A stretch of 64,000 bases of DNA from Cyanobacteriota bacterium (GTDB taxonomy: Bacteria; Cyanobacteriota; Cyanobacteriia; Cyanobacteriales; Nostocaceae): assembly GCA_046045965.1 (NCBI GenBank), contig JBJOKS010000022.1, forward strand, positions 32,001-96,000, read 5' to 3'. Below are positions 1 through 10,097 of the stretch, piece by piece. Position 1 is the stretch's first letter. The number at the start of each line of letters is the position of its first letter. The translations under genes were made by a program, and so were the position numbers. The notes beneath the pieces are model-generated. The model saw only the letters and a list, made by a program, of their open reading frames with translations, was not told the DNA's origin and ran no database searches.

Positions 1-62
1 GGAACTTCTAGGGGTGAAAGTTTTAACGCGTGACGGTCATTGATAGAAATTGTGGATGTCAT
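1..62 (-). CDS. 5' end of alanine-glyoxylate aminotransferase family protein (runs off window)
   Basis: Minus-strand ATG at 62 reads MTSTISINDRHALKLSPLEVP, resembling the N-terminus of Nostocales class-V AGT; only ~20 codons are visible. Confidence 0.65.
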   Translation of the reverse strand, partial: MTSTISINDRHALKLSPLEV

Positions 63-502
63 AATTTTTTTTGGCTAAAGGGTAATTAATCGCATGATAA
101 AACGATTAGATTACCGATGTTTTTCATTTCCTTCAAGATTGTCTATCATTCGTAGGAAGATGCAATAGCTCTCAAGTCTTAAAGTGGATATAACAAGCTG
201 TAGTTGATGCCTCATGATTTTACTAGATGCCATGCACCCAGCTGCTGTCTCCACTGCTCTCAGTTTTGCTTTAAGAGCAAATAACGTCAGTAATCTGGTA
301 TTATTTGCTTGGGCGCTGGCAATCACAGCAATTTTGGTAAGTTTGGAGCGTTATGCTTTGTGGTTATTAGCACATTACGCAAGTGACAGGTGACAGAGAA
401 GAAGATTCATGGCGATCGCTTTATATTTCTAATTATTTAATATTTAATTTAACTACCTTAATTTATCATCAGTAGTTGTAAATAGGAAAATAGCTATTAG
501 TA

Positions 503-547
503 AAGCTCAAGCAAAAGCATGAGGAGAATTTTTTAATGTTTCTCCAG
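503..547 (+). repeat. 45-bp direct repeat, copy 1 (copy 2 at 2296-2340)
   Basis: AAGCTCAAGCAAAAGCATGAGGAGAATTTTTTAATGTTTCTCCAG is identical at both sites. Confidence 0.95.
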
Positions 548-571
548 CATTGTTTATTTAAAGATTTAGCT

Positions 572-606
572 AAACCCGCCAGAGTGAAGGGAAGAATGGC
601 GGGTTT
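572..606. terminator. Stem-loop downstream of NDH-2 gene
   Basis: AAACCCGCCA...TGGCGGGTTT inverted repeat. Confidence 0.6.
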
Positions 607-647
607 TTCCATAAAATTCAATGCAGTGGGACTACAAACCACAAATC

Positions 648-2009
648 CTAGAGCTTAACTGGCTGCTTCTTTTCATTAGTCTGAGAATCACTGCTATTGT
701 TAACAGTTTGTGGTGCTAAAAAAGCTTCTTTACCTGTAATCAATCGAGAGCGACGATTACGAGTGATATAATTCCAAGCCCATTGAATTACTACTACTAA
801 TTTAGTATCAAACTCAATTAAGAAGTAGATGTGAATTATGAGCCAAAATACCCAAGCAAGGAAACCTGTGAGTTTAATGAAGCCTAAATCTACAACAGCT
901 AAATTTTGTCCAATCATTGCCAAACTACCCACATCGGTGTAATGAAATTCTGGCAAAGTATGACCTTGAAGCCGGAGTTGAATTAGTCCACCTACATATT
1001 CTCCTTGTTGTTTGGCTACGGGTGCAACACCAGGTAAGGGTTTACCATTTTGATGGGAGAAGTTAGCTAAATCTCCAATTACGAAAATGTTTTTATAACC
1101 CTTGATACTCAAGTCAGGTTCTACAATTACTCTTCCAGAGAAATCGCATTCTACATCTGTTCTTTCTGCTAGGACTTTACCCAGAGCCGAACCTTGAACA
1201 CCTGCTGCCCACAATACAGTTTTTGAGGCAATTTCTGTCAATTTATCATCTTGCTTAAAAGTAACAACGTCATTTTCAATATTTGTGACTCTAGTTTGAG
1301 TGTGGATAACCACTCCCAACTTTTGCAAAGATTCTGTTGCTACTTTCGATAATTCTGGCGCAATATGTGGGAGGATGCGAGCGCCCCCTTGCAATAGTAA
1401 AATTTTCGTTTCTGAGGTGTTGATGTTGCGGAAATCTTCTTTGAGAGTTTTGTATGCCAACTCAGCGATCGCACCTGCTAATTCTACACCAGTCGGACCA
1501 CCACCCACAATCACAAAAGTTAAGAAAGCACGGCGTTTTTCGGGATCAGTTTCTTTTTCTGCTGCTTCAAATGCCGAAAATATCCGCCGACGCATTTCTA
1601 TGGCATCTTCCACCGTTTTCAAGCCAGGAGCAAATTCTTTCCAGTTATCTTTACCAAAATAGGAATGATTAGCACCTGTGGCAACAACTAATGTATCATA
1701 ATGTATTACTTCATCACCCAGAATAACTTGTTGCGCTTTTGGATCAATATAATTTACTTCCCCCAACAACACTTTTGTATTCTTGCTTTTGCTGAATACA
1801 GATCGCAATGGTGCGGAAATATCAGCAGGTGATAAAGTACCTGTGGCAACTTGATATAAAAGCGGCTGAAATAAGTGAAAGTTGCGTTTATCAATGAGAG
1901 TAACATTGACATTTGCGTTGGCCAAAGCCTTTGCTGTATACAGTCCACCAAAGCCACCACCAATGATAACAACCTCATGTGATGGCTTTTTATCAAGTGA
2001 AACTACCAT
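648..2009 (-). CDS. Type-2 NADH dehydrogenase (NAD(P)/FAD-dependent oxidoreductase)
   Basis: GGGFGG and VGGGPTGVELAG Rossmann motifs, FQPLLYQVATG, IGD, C-terminal membrane anchor. Confidence 0.93.
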   Translation of the reverse strand: MVVSLDKKPSHEVVIIGGGFGGLYTAKALANANVNVTLIDKRNFHLFQPLLYQVATGTLSPADISAPLRSVFSKSKNTKVLLGEVNYIDPKAQQVILGDEVIHYDTLVVATGANHSYFGKDNWKEFAPGLKTVEDAIEMRRRIFSAFEAAEKETDPEKRRAFLTFVIVGGGPTGVELAGAIAELAYKTLKEDFRNINTSETKILLLQGGARILPHIAPELSKVATESLQKLGVVIHTQTRVTNIENDVVTFKQDDKLTEIASKTVLWAAGVQGSALGKVLAERTDVECDFSGRVIVEPDLSIKGYKNIFVIGDLANFSHQNGKPLPGVAPVAKQQGEYVGGLIQLRLQGHTLPEFHYTDVGSLAMIGQNLAVVDLGFIKLTGFLAWVFWLIIHIYFLIEFDTKLVVVIQWAWNYITRNRRSRLITGKEAFLAPQTVNNSSDSQTNEKKQPVKL

Positions 2010-2117
2010 AAGAAATATTTCCTTTTGTTAAGAGGCGTGTAATGTTTCTTAACAAATATGTAACAAGATTATAATATATTTTGCCGTTTATTTAGAACAC
2101 TTGAAAAAATAATAAAC

Positions 2118-2131
2118 GTAGTCAAAGTTAC
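2118..2131. promoter_or_regulatory. Candidate NtcA site
   Basis: GTA-GTCAAAGT-TAC matches GTA-N8-TAC, in the divergent region upstream of a UrtA-like gene; no correctly spaced -10 box seen. Confidence 0.35.
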
Positions 2132-2295
2132 TAATCAGTTATTATTAAAAGGGAACAAGGAGAAGAAGGAGAAGAAGTTAGACTCATCAACTCATTTGTA
2201 CTCCTGTATTCTCTTGTAAACCAGTTTTAGGTGGGGTTTCGTTCCTAGACCTAAGACTATTGGTATTTTACGGTTAATGTTGGATGCAATTAGTT

Positions 2296-2340
2296 AAGCT
2301 CAAGCAAAAGCATGAGGAGAATTTTTTAATGTTTCTCCAG
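2296..2340 (+). repeat. 45-bp direct repeat, copy 2
   Basis: Identical to 503-547. Confidence 0.95.
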
Positions 2341-2444
2341 GATGGTTTATTTAATAGTAAAATCACTCCACAGCAACTTATGACACTAACCCTCAAAATT
2401 TATCCTCCAGCATTTCTCTAGTTAATTTACAGCTTAGAAAACTG

Positions 2445-3704
2445 ATGAATAAAAAAATTATTCTTTTATTTGTAGCTTTTGGATTAGGGTTAACAATATA
2501 TTTTTTAACTCATATCCAGTTTCAACTCTCCCAAAAACCTATAAAAGTTGGTATTCTTCATTCTCTGACTGGTACAATGGCAATTAGTGAGAAATCTGTG
2601 GTAGATGCTACCTTACTCGCTATTGAAGAAATCAATAAAAAAGGCGGTATTCTCGGCAGAAAAATTCAACCAATTATTGTTGATGGTAAATCTGACTGGA
2701 ATACATTTGCGAAACAAGCTGAAAACCTAATTACTCAAGAAAAAGTAGTGACAGTTTTTGGTTGCTGGACTTCCGCTAGTCGTAAAACAGTAAAGCCTAT
2801 ATTTGAGAAATACAATCATCTCCTGATTTATCCTGTTCAGTATGAAGGACTAGAAGAATCACCAAATATTGTTTATACAGGTGCAGCACCAAACCAACAA
2901 ATTATTCCCGCTGTCAAGTGGTCTTTTGATAATTTAGGTAAACGCTTTTTCTTAGTTGGTTCTGATTATATTTTTCCGCGTACAGCCAACGCTATTATTA
3001 AAGATCAAGTAACCGCCTTGCAAGGAGAAATTTTAGGAGAAGAATATATACTTTTGGGTTCTACTAAAGTAGAAACTGTGATCAATAAAATTGTGGCGAC
3101 TCAACCAAACGTCATTTTAAATACAATTAATGGTGATAGCAATATTGCTTTTTTTAAAGCTTTGAGAAAAGCGGGAATTAGCTCTGATATCATACCTACA
3201 ATTTCCTTTAGTATTGCTGAAGAAGAATTGAAATCTCTACCAAATAAAGATGTGGTAGGTGATTATGCAGTTTGGAATTATTTTCAGAATATTAATAATC
3301 CTAAAAACAGGGAATTTATTCAAAACTTTAAAACAAAGTATGGTAAAAATAGAGTAACATCTGACCCCATTGAAGCTGGATATTTTGGAGTTTATTTGTG
3401 GGCGCAAGCAGTAAAAGACGCTGGTACAGATGAAGTTAATACAATTCGGGAATATATGAAAGACCAAAGTTTTAAAGCACCACAAGGAGTTGTCTACATA
3501 GATGCTAATAACCAACATACGTGGAAAACAGTCAGGGTAGGGAAAATTCAGTCAGACGGACAATTTAAAATTGTTTGGAATTCCGGTAAACCAATTCGTC
3601 CTGTACCTTATCCTATCTCCCGTTCTAAAGCTGACTGGGAAGTATTTATAAACAATCTTTATCAAGGCTGGAATCAAAATTGGGCTAATCTTAATAATGA
3701 TTAA
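2445..3704 (+). CDS. UrtA-like urea/amide ABC substrate-binding protein (no permeases adjacent)
   Basis: IKVGILHSLTGTMAISE, VFGCWTSASRK, YPVQYEGLE, GAAPNQQI motifs; N-terminal hydrophobic anchor. Confidence 0.92.
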   Translation: MNKKIILLFVAFGLGLTIYFLTHIQFQLSQKPIKVGILHSLTGTMAISEKSVVDATLLAIEEINKKGGILGRKIQPIIVDGKSDWNTFAKQAENLITQEKVVTVFGCWTSASRKTVKPIFEKYNHLLIYPVQYEGLEESPNIVYTGAAPNQQIIPAVKWSFDNLGKRFFLVGSDYIFPRTANAIIKDQVTALQGEILGEEYILLGSTKVETVINKIVATQPNVILNTINGDSNIAFFKALRKAGISSDIIPTISFSIAEEELKSLPNKDVVGDYAVWNYFQNINNPKNREFIQNFKTKYGKNRVTSDPIEAGYFGVYLWAQAVKDAGTDEVNTIREYMKDQSFKAPQGVVYIDANNQHTWKTVRVGKIQSDGQFKIVWNSGKPIRPVPYPISRSKADWEVFINNLYQGWNQNWANLNND

Positions 3705-3824
3705 GTAGGTTGGCGTTAAAAATTGTCGTTGGGGCAAGGGAACAGGGAACAGGGAACAGGAAGAGAGTTTTGGGTGATTTTACTTTTCTTCACATACCTT
3801 TAAATTTTTCTGTTCACCTACTTA
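3702..3824. mobile_element. Small MITE-like element containing GGGAACA repeats
   Basis: Terminal inverted repeat TAAGTAGGT...ACCTACTTA. Confidence 0.6.
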
Positions 3825-3844
3825 GATAAATATCTAAATTTGGA

Positions 3845-5941
3845 GTGAAGGATTTGAAAAATAAAAAACTTGTTAACAAACTACTATTGTGGTTTTTATT
3901 AATTGCCTTAGTACCCCTGAGTATAGTTACCTCTATACAATATTACATTGGACGGAATTCTTTAATAAAAGAAGTTAATAATAATTTAATTTCTATTGCA
4001 GATAATAAAGCTAAATTTTTAGATTTTTATATTAACGAAAAACAAAAAAATGCTGCAACTATCGCCCAAATACCAAATATAATTGATGCATCTGAAAAAT
4101 ATCAAAAAGCTGTTAACGACAATGGAATTAATGCGAGAAAATATCAGCAGATAGACAAACAATATCGTCAATTTATTACTAATTATTTAGATATATTTGG
4201 TTATTCTGATATCTTGTTAATCTCTCAATCTGGAAATACTATCTTCTCTATCAATAACAGCAAAGAAATAGGCAAAAACTACTATAAAGGAACTTATAAA
4301 AATTCTGAAATAGCTAAAGTATTTGACCGTGCCAAAACATTAATGCAAGTGGAAATATCCAATTTCACCTATTATACATCTAATAATGAACCCACAGCTT
4401 TTATTGCTGCCCCTATCTTTAAAAATAATCTAATTATTGGTGTATTAGTGCTGCAACTGAATAATCAAGAATTTAATAAAGTAGTCAATGACTATACTGG
4501 CTTAGGTAAAAGCGGTGAAACAATTGTCAGTTCATTAGTTAATGAACGCATAATTTTTACTGCTCCCACTAGACATGATCCAAAAGCAGCTTTTCAAAGA
4601 TATATCAATATTAGCAACAATCAATCACACCCACTCAACCAAGCAAATCAGGGTATTAAAGGAAATAGTATCACAATTGATTACCGGGGTAAAGAAACTA
4701 TTGCTGCTTGGAGATATTTACCTTCTTTAAATGCCGGACTTTTGGTAAAAATGGATGTGGGAGAAGTTTTTACACCCTTAAAAACCCTGCAAAATATTGT
4801 TATTATTTTAGGAAGTATTACACTTTTGTTAGTTACATTGGCAGCTATTATAGTTGCCAAATCTATTTCTCAACCAGTTATTGAACTTACCCAAGTAGTA
4901 CAAGAATTTGCTCAAGGAAATCTCAAAAAACAAGCATCAGTTTTTAGCGATGATGAAATTGGTCAATTAGAACTATCATTTAATCGCATGGCCGCACAAC
5001 TAGAAACATCCTTTGAAACTATTCAAGAACGGGAACAGGAACTGACTACAGCTAAAGAACAATTAGAAAAAGTTTTAGCAGAAGTGCAGCAGGAGGCACA
5101 TCAATTAGCGGCTCAATTAATTCAAAGTGAAAAGATGTCAAGTTTGGGACAGTTAGTAGCAGGTGTAGCACACGAAATCAACAACCCAATTAACTTTATT
5201 TATGGTAATCTCACTCCTGCCAATGAATACATTGAAGATTTATTGAGACTCTTAAAACTTTATCAAAAACACTATCCTCACCCAGTTCCAGAAATTGAAG
5301 ATGAAGCAGAAGCAATAGATATTGATTTCTTAATGGCAGACCTGCCTAAATTGCTGAATTCAATGGGAATTGGTGCTAAAAGAATAACCGAAATTGTGCG
5401 ATCGCTGCGAAACTTTTCTCGCTTAGATGAGGCAGAAATGAAAGCAGTAGATATCCATGAAGGTATTGATAGTACACTCATGATTTTAGAAAATCGTCTC
5501 AAAGCTACATCTGAGCGTCCAGCAATTGAAGTGATTAAAAAATACGCTGATTTACCATTAGTAGAGTGTTATACAGGACAACTTAATCAAGTATTTATGA
5601 ATATTCTTGCCAATGCAATTGATGCTTTGGAAGAAAGCAAAATCAAGAACTTTGTTGGTTTAGGTCAATTACAAATTTGTATTTACACAGAATTAATTAA
5701 TGATAAACAAGTCGTTATTCGCATTAAAGATAACGGTGTTGGTATCCCAGAGAAATTAAAAAGGCTATTATTTGATCCTTTTTTTACTACTAAACCTATA
5801 GGTAAAGGAACAGGTTTAGGTTTATCTATTAGTTATAAGATTATTACTGAACAACATCAGGGAAAATTAGAGTGTATTTCTTCCCCAGGAAAGGGTACAG
5901 AATTTATCATTACCATTCCCTTGTATCAAAATATTAAATAA
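3845..5941 (+). CDS. Membrane sensor histidine kinase (Cache-like periplasmic domain, HAMP, HisKA, HATPase)
   Basis: Two TM helices, DEIGQL HAMP, GVAHEINNP H-box, NQVFMNILANA, DNGVGI, GTGLGLSIS. Confidence 0.93.
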   Translation: MKDLKNKKLVNKLLLWFLLIALVPLSIVTSIQYYIGRNSLIKEVNNNLISIADNKAKFLDFYINEKQKNAATIAQIPNIIDASEKYQKAVNDNGINARKYQQIDKQYRQFITNYLDIFGYSDILLISQSGNTIFSINNSKEIGKNYYKGTYKNSEIAKVFDRAKTLMQVEISNFTYYTSNNEPTAFIAAPIFKNNLIIGVLVLQLNNQEFNKVVNDYTGLGKSGETIVSSLVNERIIFTAPTRHDPKAAFQRYINISNNQSHPLNQANQGIKGNSITIDYRGKETIAAWRYLPSLNAGLLVKMDVGEVFTPLKTLQNIVIILGSITLLLVTLAAIIVAKSISQPVIELTQVVQEFAQGNLKKQASVFSDDEIGQLELSFNRMAAQLETSFETIQEREQELTTAKEQLEKVLAEVQQEAHQLAAQLIQSEKMSSLGQLVAGVAHEINNPINFIYGNLTPANEYIEDLLRLLKLYQKHYPHPVPEIEDEAEAIDIDFLMADLPKLLNSMGIGAKRITEIVRSLRNFSRLDEAEMKAVDIHEGIDSTLMILENRLKATSERPAIEVIKKYADLPLVECYTGQLNQVFMNILANAIDALEESKIKNFVGLGQLQICIYTELINDKQVVIRIKDNGVGIPEKLKRLLFDPFFTTKPIGKGTGLGLSISYKIITEQHQGKLECISSPGKGTEFIITIPLYQNIK

Positions 5942-6001
5942 GGTAACTACAAGACCTGTACTTATAATACTTCTCGTTTAATCATCGACCAATTAATTAC
6001 C

Positions 6002-7096
6002 CTAATCTAACACTTCCGAAGAGAACAGAGAAGATAATACCTGAAAATATGGCATTAAAGTATTAGCTTGTACAACAGTTAGGTGATCTTGAATTTCAAA
6101 CCTCAGTAAATGTAACATTTGCCGGATTAATTCCCATTTCACTTTTAAGGTAGGATAGAGCATCACACACAGAGGAAATAACTCTTCTTGAATAGCAGAA
6201 ATGCTGCCTTCTAAAGCACATACCCATAAATAAACTTGGAACATTTCCACATCCCGAATGCTGGAAGTTCTGACCACTTCATCAGTCAACATACCAGACA
6301 TAGTTTCATACTTGGGGAAAATTTCAATAATTCTTTTAGAAACTTTCTTGGCAATCTCTGTACTAGCTGGTAATAGTGTTTGCACTGCGGATATAACTGG
6401 AGAATTATAATCATGTTTCGCAGCTGCCAGATAAGCTCGCTGCAAAGGCATATACAAATGGTCATCAATAACTTTAAAATATGCACCTATCAGCGATCGC
6501 TCAAAACCCTCTAGCGGTGCTATCAGCATTTGTCCAGTGTAGTGAAACTGCATACTCACAAAACCAATGGCTCTAGGGTCAATGATTGTATATTTTTTTC
6601 TCATTGCTCCTAAATCTGCACCAATAACCTTCGCCAATTCGTTAGGAGCTACCTGTTCAGTATAAACCTCTAATGCCTCTTGATATATTTGATGATCTTT
6701 TTCAGCTAATTTCATCACAAAAGCAAGAGGCCGATTTACTGCTGATTGGGTGTATACATCCAAAGCTTTTTGGTAAATCTGATAACAATCCCCGGAAATC
6801 TCCCAAGGATTAATGATGTTGAAGTCTATACGGTGTTGGATGATTTGATCTGCTAGTAGCTCCTCTGTTTTATTCCAAGCTTTAGCACTGACACTTCGTA
6901 AAGATGCCATGATTTTTTGGGCTGTTTTCTTGCGTCCTGCTGGTGATACTATCTCTGACAAATTCAGCGGCTGATCATGTTCTTGAATATAAGTATCAAC
7001 CAAGAGGTTCTGCAAATACTTTTTAGCCCATTGCTGTGCTAAAGGTTCAGCGGCTAGTGTATTTTCTGTATCTGATAATGGCTCTATATCTGACAC
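6002..7096 (-). CDS. Hypothetical protein with possible phycobiliprotein/globin-like C-terminal domain
   Basis: 364-aa ORF; SSIRDVEMFQVYL...EGSISAIQE resembles the phycobiliprotein helix E/F pattern. Confidence 0.75.
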   Translation of the reverse strand: MSDIEPLSDTENTLAAEPLAQQWAKKYLQNLLVDTYIQEHDQPLNLSEIVSPAGRKKTAQKIMASLRSVSAKAWNKTEELLADQIIQHRIDFNIINPWEISGDCYQIYQKALDVYTQSAVNRPLAFVMKLAEKDHQIYQEALEVYTEQVAPNELAKVIGADLGAMRKKYTIIDPRAIGFVSMQFHYTGQMLIAPLEGFERSLIGAYFKVIDDHLYMPLQRAYLAAAKHDYNSPVISAVQTLLPASTEIAKKVSKRIIEIFPKYETMSGMLTDEVVRTSSIRDVEMFQVYLWVCALEGSISAIQEELFPLCVMLYPTLKVKWELIRQMLHLLRFEIQDHLTVVQANTLMPYFQVLSSLFSSEVLD

Positions 7097-7440
7097 TGCT
7101 TTTCAATCATTGCCTCAAACTTTCTTGATTACAAATATTATTTCTTTTCTGAGTAAGTTTTAAAAAAAACTTAAGAATTTTTAATACACGTAAGTCCCTT
7201 ATAAATGCTGAAAGAAACTGGGAAGCAATTGATTTTCCCGAGTCCCTAGTCCCTTCCAATACCTAACCGTTGGGAGCAATGCGAAAATGTGAGATCGGAT
7301 TTTATATCTCAATTACCAGGGCTTATTCCTAATAAACCCTGGTCGAAGTTCCTTATTTTTACCTTTTCTAAGTAGCGATCGCCAAAAAGTTGGCAACTTA
7401 TATTACAGGTTTTTAGCACTTCACAAAATCACGTTGCTCC

Positions 7441-8289
7441 CTAACCCCCAGTTTCTGGACTTGGCGGTAATTTTTCCGGCGGTGCTTCTGCTGGGGGAGC
7501 AAGTACAGCATCTGGGGCAACTTCCTCAACAGGAACGGGTTGTTTTTCCTCAGTTTCCTCTTGCGCTGCTGCTACTAACTCAGGAGTTGGAGGCGTTGGG
7601 GGTGTCAATTCCGGGACAGTTTCAGTTTTGACTTGAGTCTCACTCTCAGGTGTAACTTCCTCACTCACTTTTGTTGCTTCCGGTTCTTTGGTTTCACTCA
7701 CCTCTGCTGCTACTGCTTCCGTTTCAGCAGTGGGAATAGAGTCCACAACTGGTTCAGGTAGAGAAACATTTACCGCTTCAGCAGATGGTGTTGCTGTTTC
7801 GCTTGGTTGTTCTGGAACTGGAGTAGTTTGATCAATAATCTCCACAACAGGTTTTTCTGTAGGTGCGGCTGGCTTTTTGCTCACAGTCTGCTGTACCTTA
7901 CCTTTCACACCACTGACGACATTAGCAATTAACGCTGGTAATTGTCCCAGCTTTTCCTGGAAAGAAAACTTAGATACCTGTTCTTGGATACTCACCTTAA
8001 CTAGCTCAGGACTGGGGAGAGGCGTTTGTTGTACCTCTGGTGTAAGTTGACGACGAAGAGAAAGAGTTTGCCAACCAAACCACACCAAAAGAGCTACACT
8101 AGCTACATGACCCAGCAACAGACCCCCAGTAATCCGGGGTGCAAAAATCCATAATACCAAAGCGTAAAATAAACCTACGCCACTCCAGATAAAATCATTC
8201 TTGCGGTGGATTTCTGGGAAAAAGAAAGCCGCTAAATAAATGGCTAAACTGCCAAATCCGACTACTAACGCTAGGAGATAGGCCAGCAT
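7441..8289 (-). CDS. ycf66: Ycf66 family protein
   Basis: FFPEIHRKNDFIWSGVGLFYALVLW membrane N-terminus plus Pro/Glu-rich tail. Confidence 0.8.
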   Translation of the reverse strand: MLAYLLALVVGFGSLAIYLAAFFFPEIHRKNDFIWSGVGLFYALVLWIFAPRITGGLLLGHVASVALLVWFGWQTLSLRRQLTPEVQQTPLPSPELVKVSIQEQVSKFSFQEKLGQLPALIANVVSGVKGKVQQTVSKKPAAPTEKPVVEIIDQTTPVPEQPSETATPSAEAVNVSLPEPVVDSIPTAETEAVAAEVSETKEPEATKVSEEVTPESETQVKTETVPELTPPTPPTPELVAAAQEETEEKQPVPVEEVAPDAVLAPPAEAPPEKLPPSPETGG

Positions 8290-8520
8290 TTTTTCAAACT
8301 CCTTACTGTTTCATTTGTGCTACTATTTCCATTTTGCAAATTTTGTCACTAAATTGTTGACTTAGATACAAATAAAAACTAATTATTGGACATAGTTGTG
8401 ATTTTTTGTCGTTTACTTCAACTCTTAATATCTTCTTTAGGAGTGAAGCTAAAATCTCGGTTTACCCTTAAAGAGAAAGGATCTGCAAGAGTTAGCCAAA
8501 CCCAAGAAAAGATTTGAACT

Positions 8521-9951
8521 ATGACACTACAAAGCTTTGGTGTGATTGGATTAGCCGTTATGGGCGAGAATATCGCTCTCAACGTTGAGCGCAATGGCTT
8601 CCCAATTGCAGTTTACAACCGTTCTCGCGAGAAAACCGATGCCTTCATGGCGCAACGCGCTGGAGGACGGAATGTGGTTGCAGCCTTTACCTTAGAAGAA
8701 TTCGTTGCTGCACTAGAACGTCCCCGCAAAATTCTAGTGATGGTACAAGCTGGTAAGCCTGTTGATGCGGTAATTCAACAGCTTAAGCCTTTACTGCAAG
8801 AGGGTGACATCATTATTGATGGTGGTAACTCTTGGTTTGAAGATACCGAAAGACGGACTCAGGAATTAGAACCCACAGGTTTACGCTACATCGGTATGGG
8901 TGTGAGTGGTGGTGAAGAAGGTGCGCTGAATGGTCCTTCTTTGATGCCTGGTGGTACAAAAAGTTCCTATGAGTACCTATCCCCCATTTTCAACAAAATC
9001 GCTGCTCAAGTTGATGATGGTCCTTGTGTAACTTACATTGGTCCGGGTGGTTCTGGACACTATGTAAAAATGGTTCACAACGGCATTGAGTACGGCGATA
9101 TGCAGTTAATTGCAGAAGCCTACGATTTGCTGAAAAATGTCGGTGGTTTAAATGCTGCACAGCTACATGAAGTATTTGCTGAGTGGAATAAAACCGACGA
9201 ACTCAATTCATTTTTGATTGAGATTACAGCCAATATTTTCCCCTACGTTGACCCAGAAACTAAGAAACCCTTGGTTGATTTGATTGTTGACGCTGCGGGA
9301 CAAAAAGGCACCGGTCGTTGGACTGTACAAACTGCTTTGGAATTAGGCGTTGCTATTCCTACAATTACTGCTGCTGTTAATTCCCGGATTCTCTCTTCGA
9401 TTAGAGATGAACGGATTGCAGCATCTAAACAATTAACTGGTCCTGTTCCTGCTCAGTTTAAGGATACTAAGACTTTCGTGAACATGGTGCGTGATGCACT
9501 TTATTGTTCCAAAATCTGTTCTTATGCTCAAGGTATGGCGTTGATATCTACAGCTTCTACCACCTATAATTGGGGTCTAAATCTGGGTGAAATGGCTCGA
9601 ATTTGGAAGGGTGGTTGTATTATTCGCGCTGGTTTCTTGAACAAGATTAAGAAGGCGTTTGACGAAAATCCAGCATTACCTAACTTGTTGTTAGCACCTG
9701 AATTTAAGCAAACAATTCTGGATAGACAAGCTGCTTGGCGGGAAATAATTGTGACTGCTGCTAAGATGGGTATTCCTGTTCCAGCTTTTAGTGCTTCTCT
9801 TGATTATTTCGATAGCTACCGTCGGGAACGTTTACCTCAAAACTTGACTCAAGCACAACGCGACTATTTCGGCGCTCACACCTACAAACGTACTGATAAA
9901 GAAGGAACTTTCCACACTGAATGGGTTCCTATCGCTGAAGCTAAGAAGTAA
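8521..9951 (+). CDS. gnd: 6-phosphogluconate dehydrogenase (decarboxylating)
   Basis: GVIGLAVMG, YVKMVHNGIEYGDMQ, QAQRDYFGAHTY. Confidence 0.98.
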   Translation: MTLQSFGVIGLAVMGENIALNVERNGFPIAVYNRSREKTDAFMAQRAGGRNVVAAFTLEEFVAALERPRKILVMVQAGKPVDAVIQQLKPLLQEGDIIIDGGNSWFEDTERRTQELEPTGLRYIGMGVSGGEEGALNGPSLMPGGTKSSYEYLSPIFNKIAAQVDDGPCVTYIGPGGSGHYVKMVHNGIEYGDMQLIAEAYDLLKNVGGLNAAQLHEVFAEWNKTDELNSFLIEITANIFPYVDPETKKPLVDLIVDAAGQKGTGRWTVQTALELGVAIPTITAAVNSRILSSIRDERIAASKQLTGPVPAQFKDTKTFVNMVRDALYCSKICSYAQGMALISTASTTYNWGLNLGEMARIWKGGCIIRAGFLNKIKKAFDENPALPNLLLAPEFKQTILDRQAAWREIIVTAAKMGIPVPAFSASLDYFDSYRRERLPQNLTQAQRDYFGAHTYKRTDKEGTFHTEWVPIAEAKK

Positions 9952-10009
9952 ATTGCATCTGGTTAAGCTTTCAAGTTAGTTCTTGCTGTTTATTTTGGCA
10001 AAATTGCCT

Positions 10010-10033
10010 GTAGGGGCGGGGTTTACCCGCCCT
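10010..10033 (+). repeat. GTAG-type REP-like palindrome / gnd terminator
   Basis: GTAGGGGCGGGGTTTACCCGCCCT hairpin. Confidence 0.65.
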
Positions 10034-10050
10034 TAATTGTAAGATATTTA

Positions 10051-10080
10051 TTGAATTTAGCTCAAAAGCTATGCTATAAT
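10051..10080 (+). promoter_or_regulatory. Sigma70-type promoter for the tRNA-like RNA
   Basis: TTGAAT (10051-56), 18-nt spacer, extended -10 TGcTATAAT (10072-80). Confidence 0.7.
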
Positions 10081-10097
10081 TTTCAAAAAAATATCAT

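Noticed and set aside
111..326. 71-aa ORF; glycine riboswitch upstream of the aminotransferase
   Set aside because: ORF has no motif; glycine riboswitch consensus elements are absent on the sense strand
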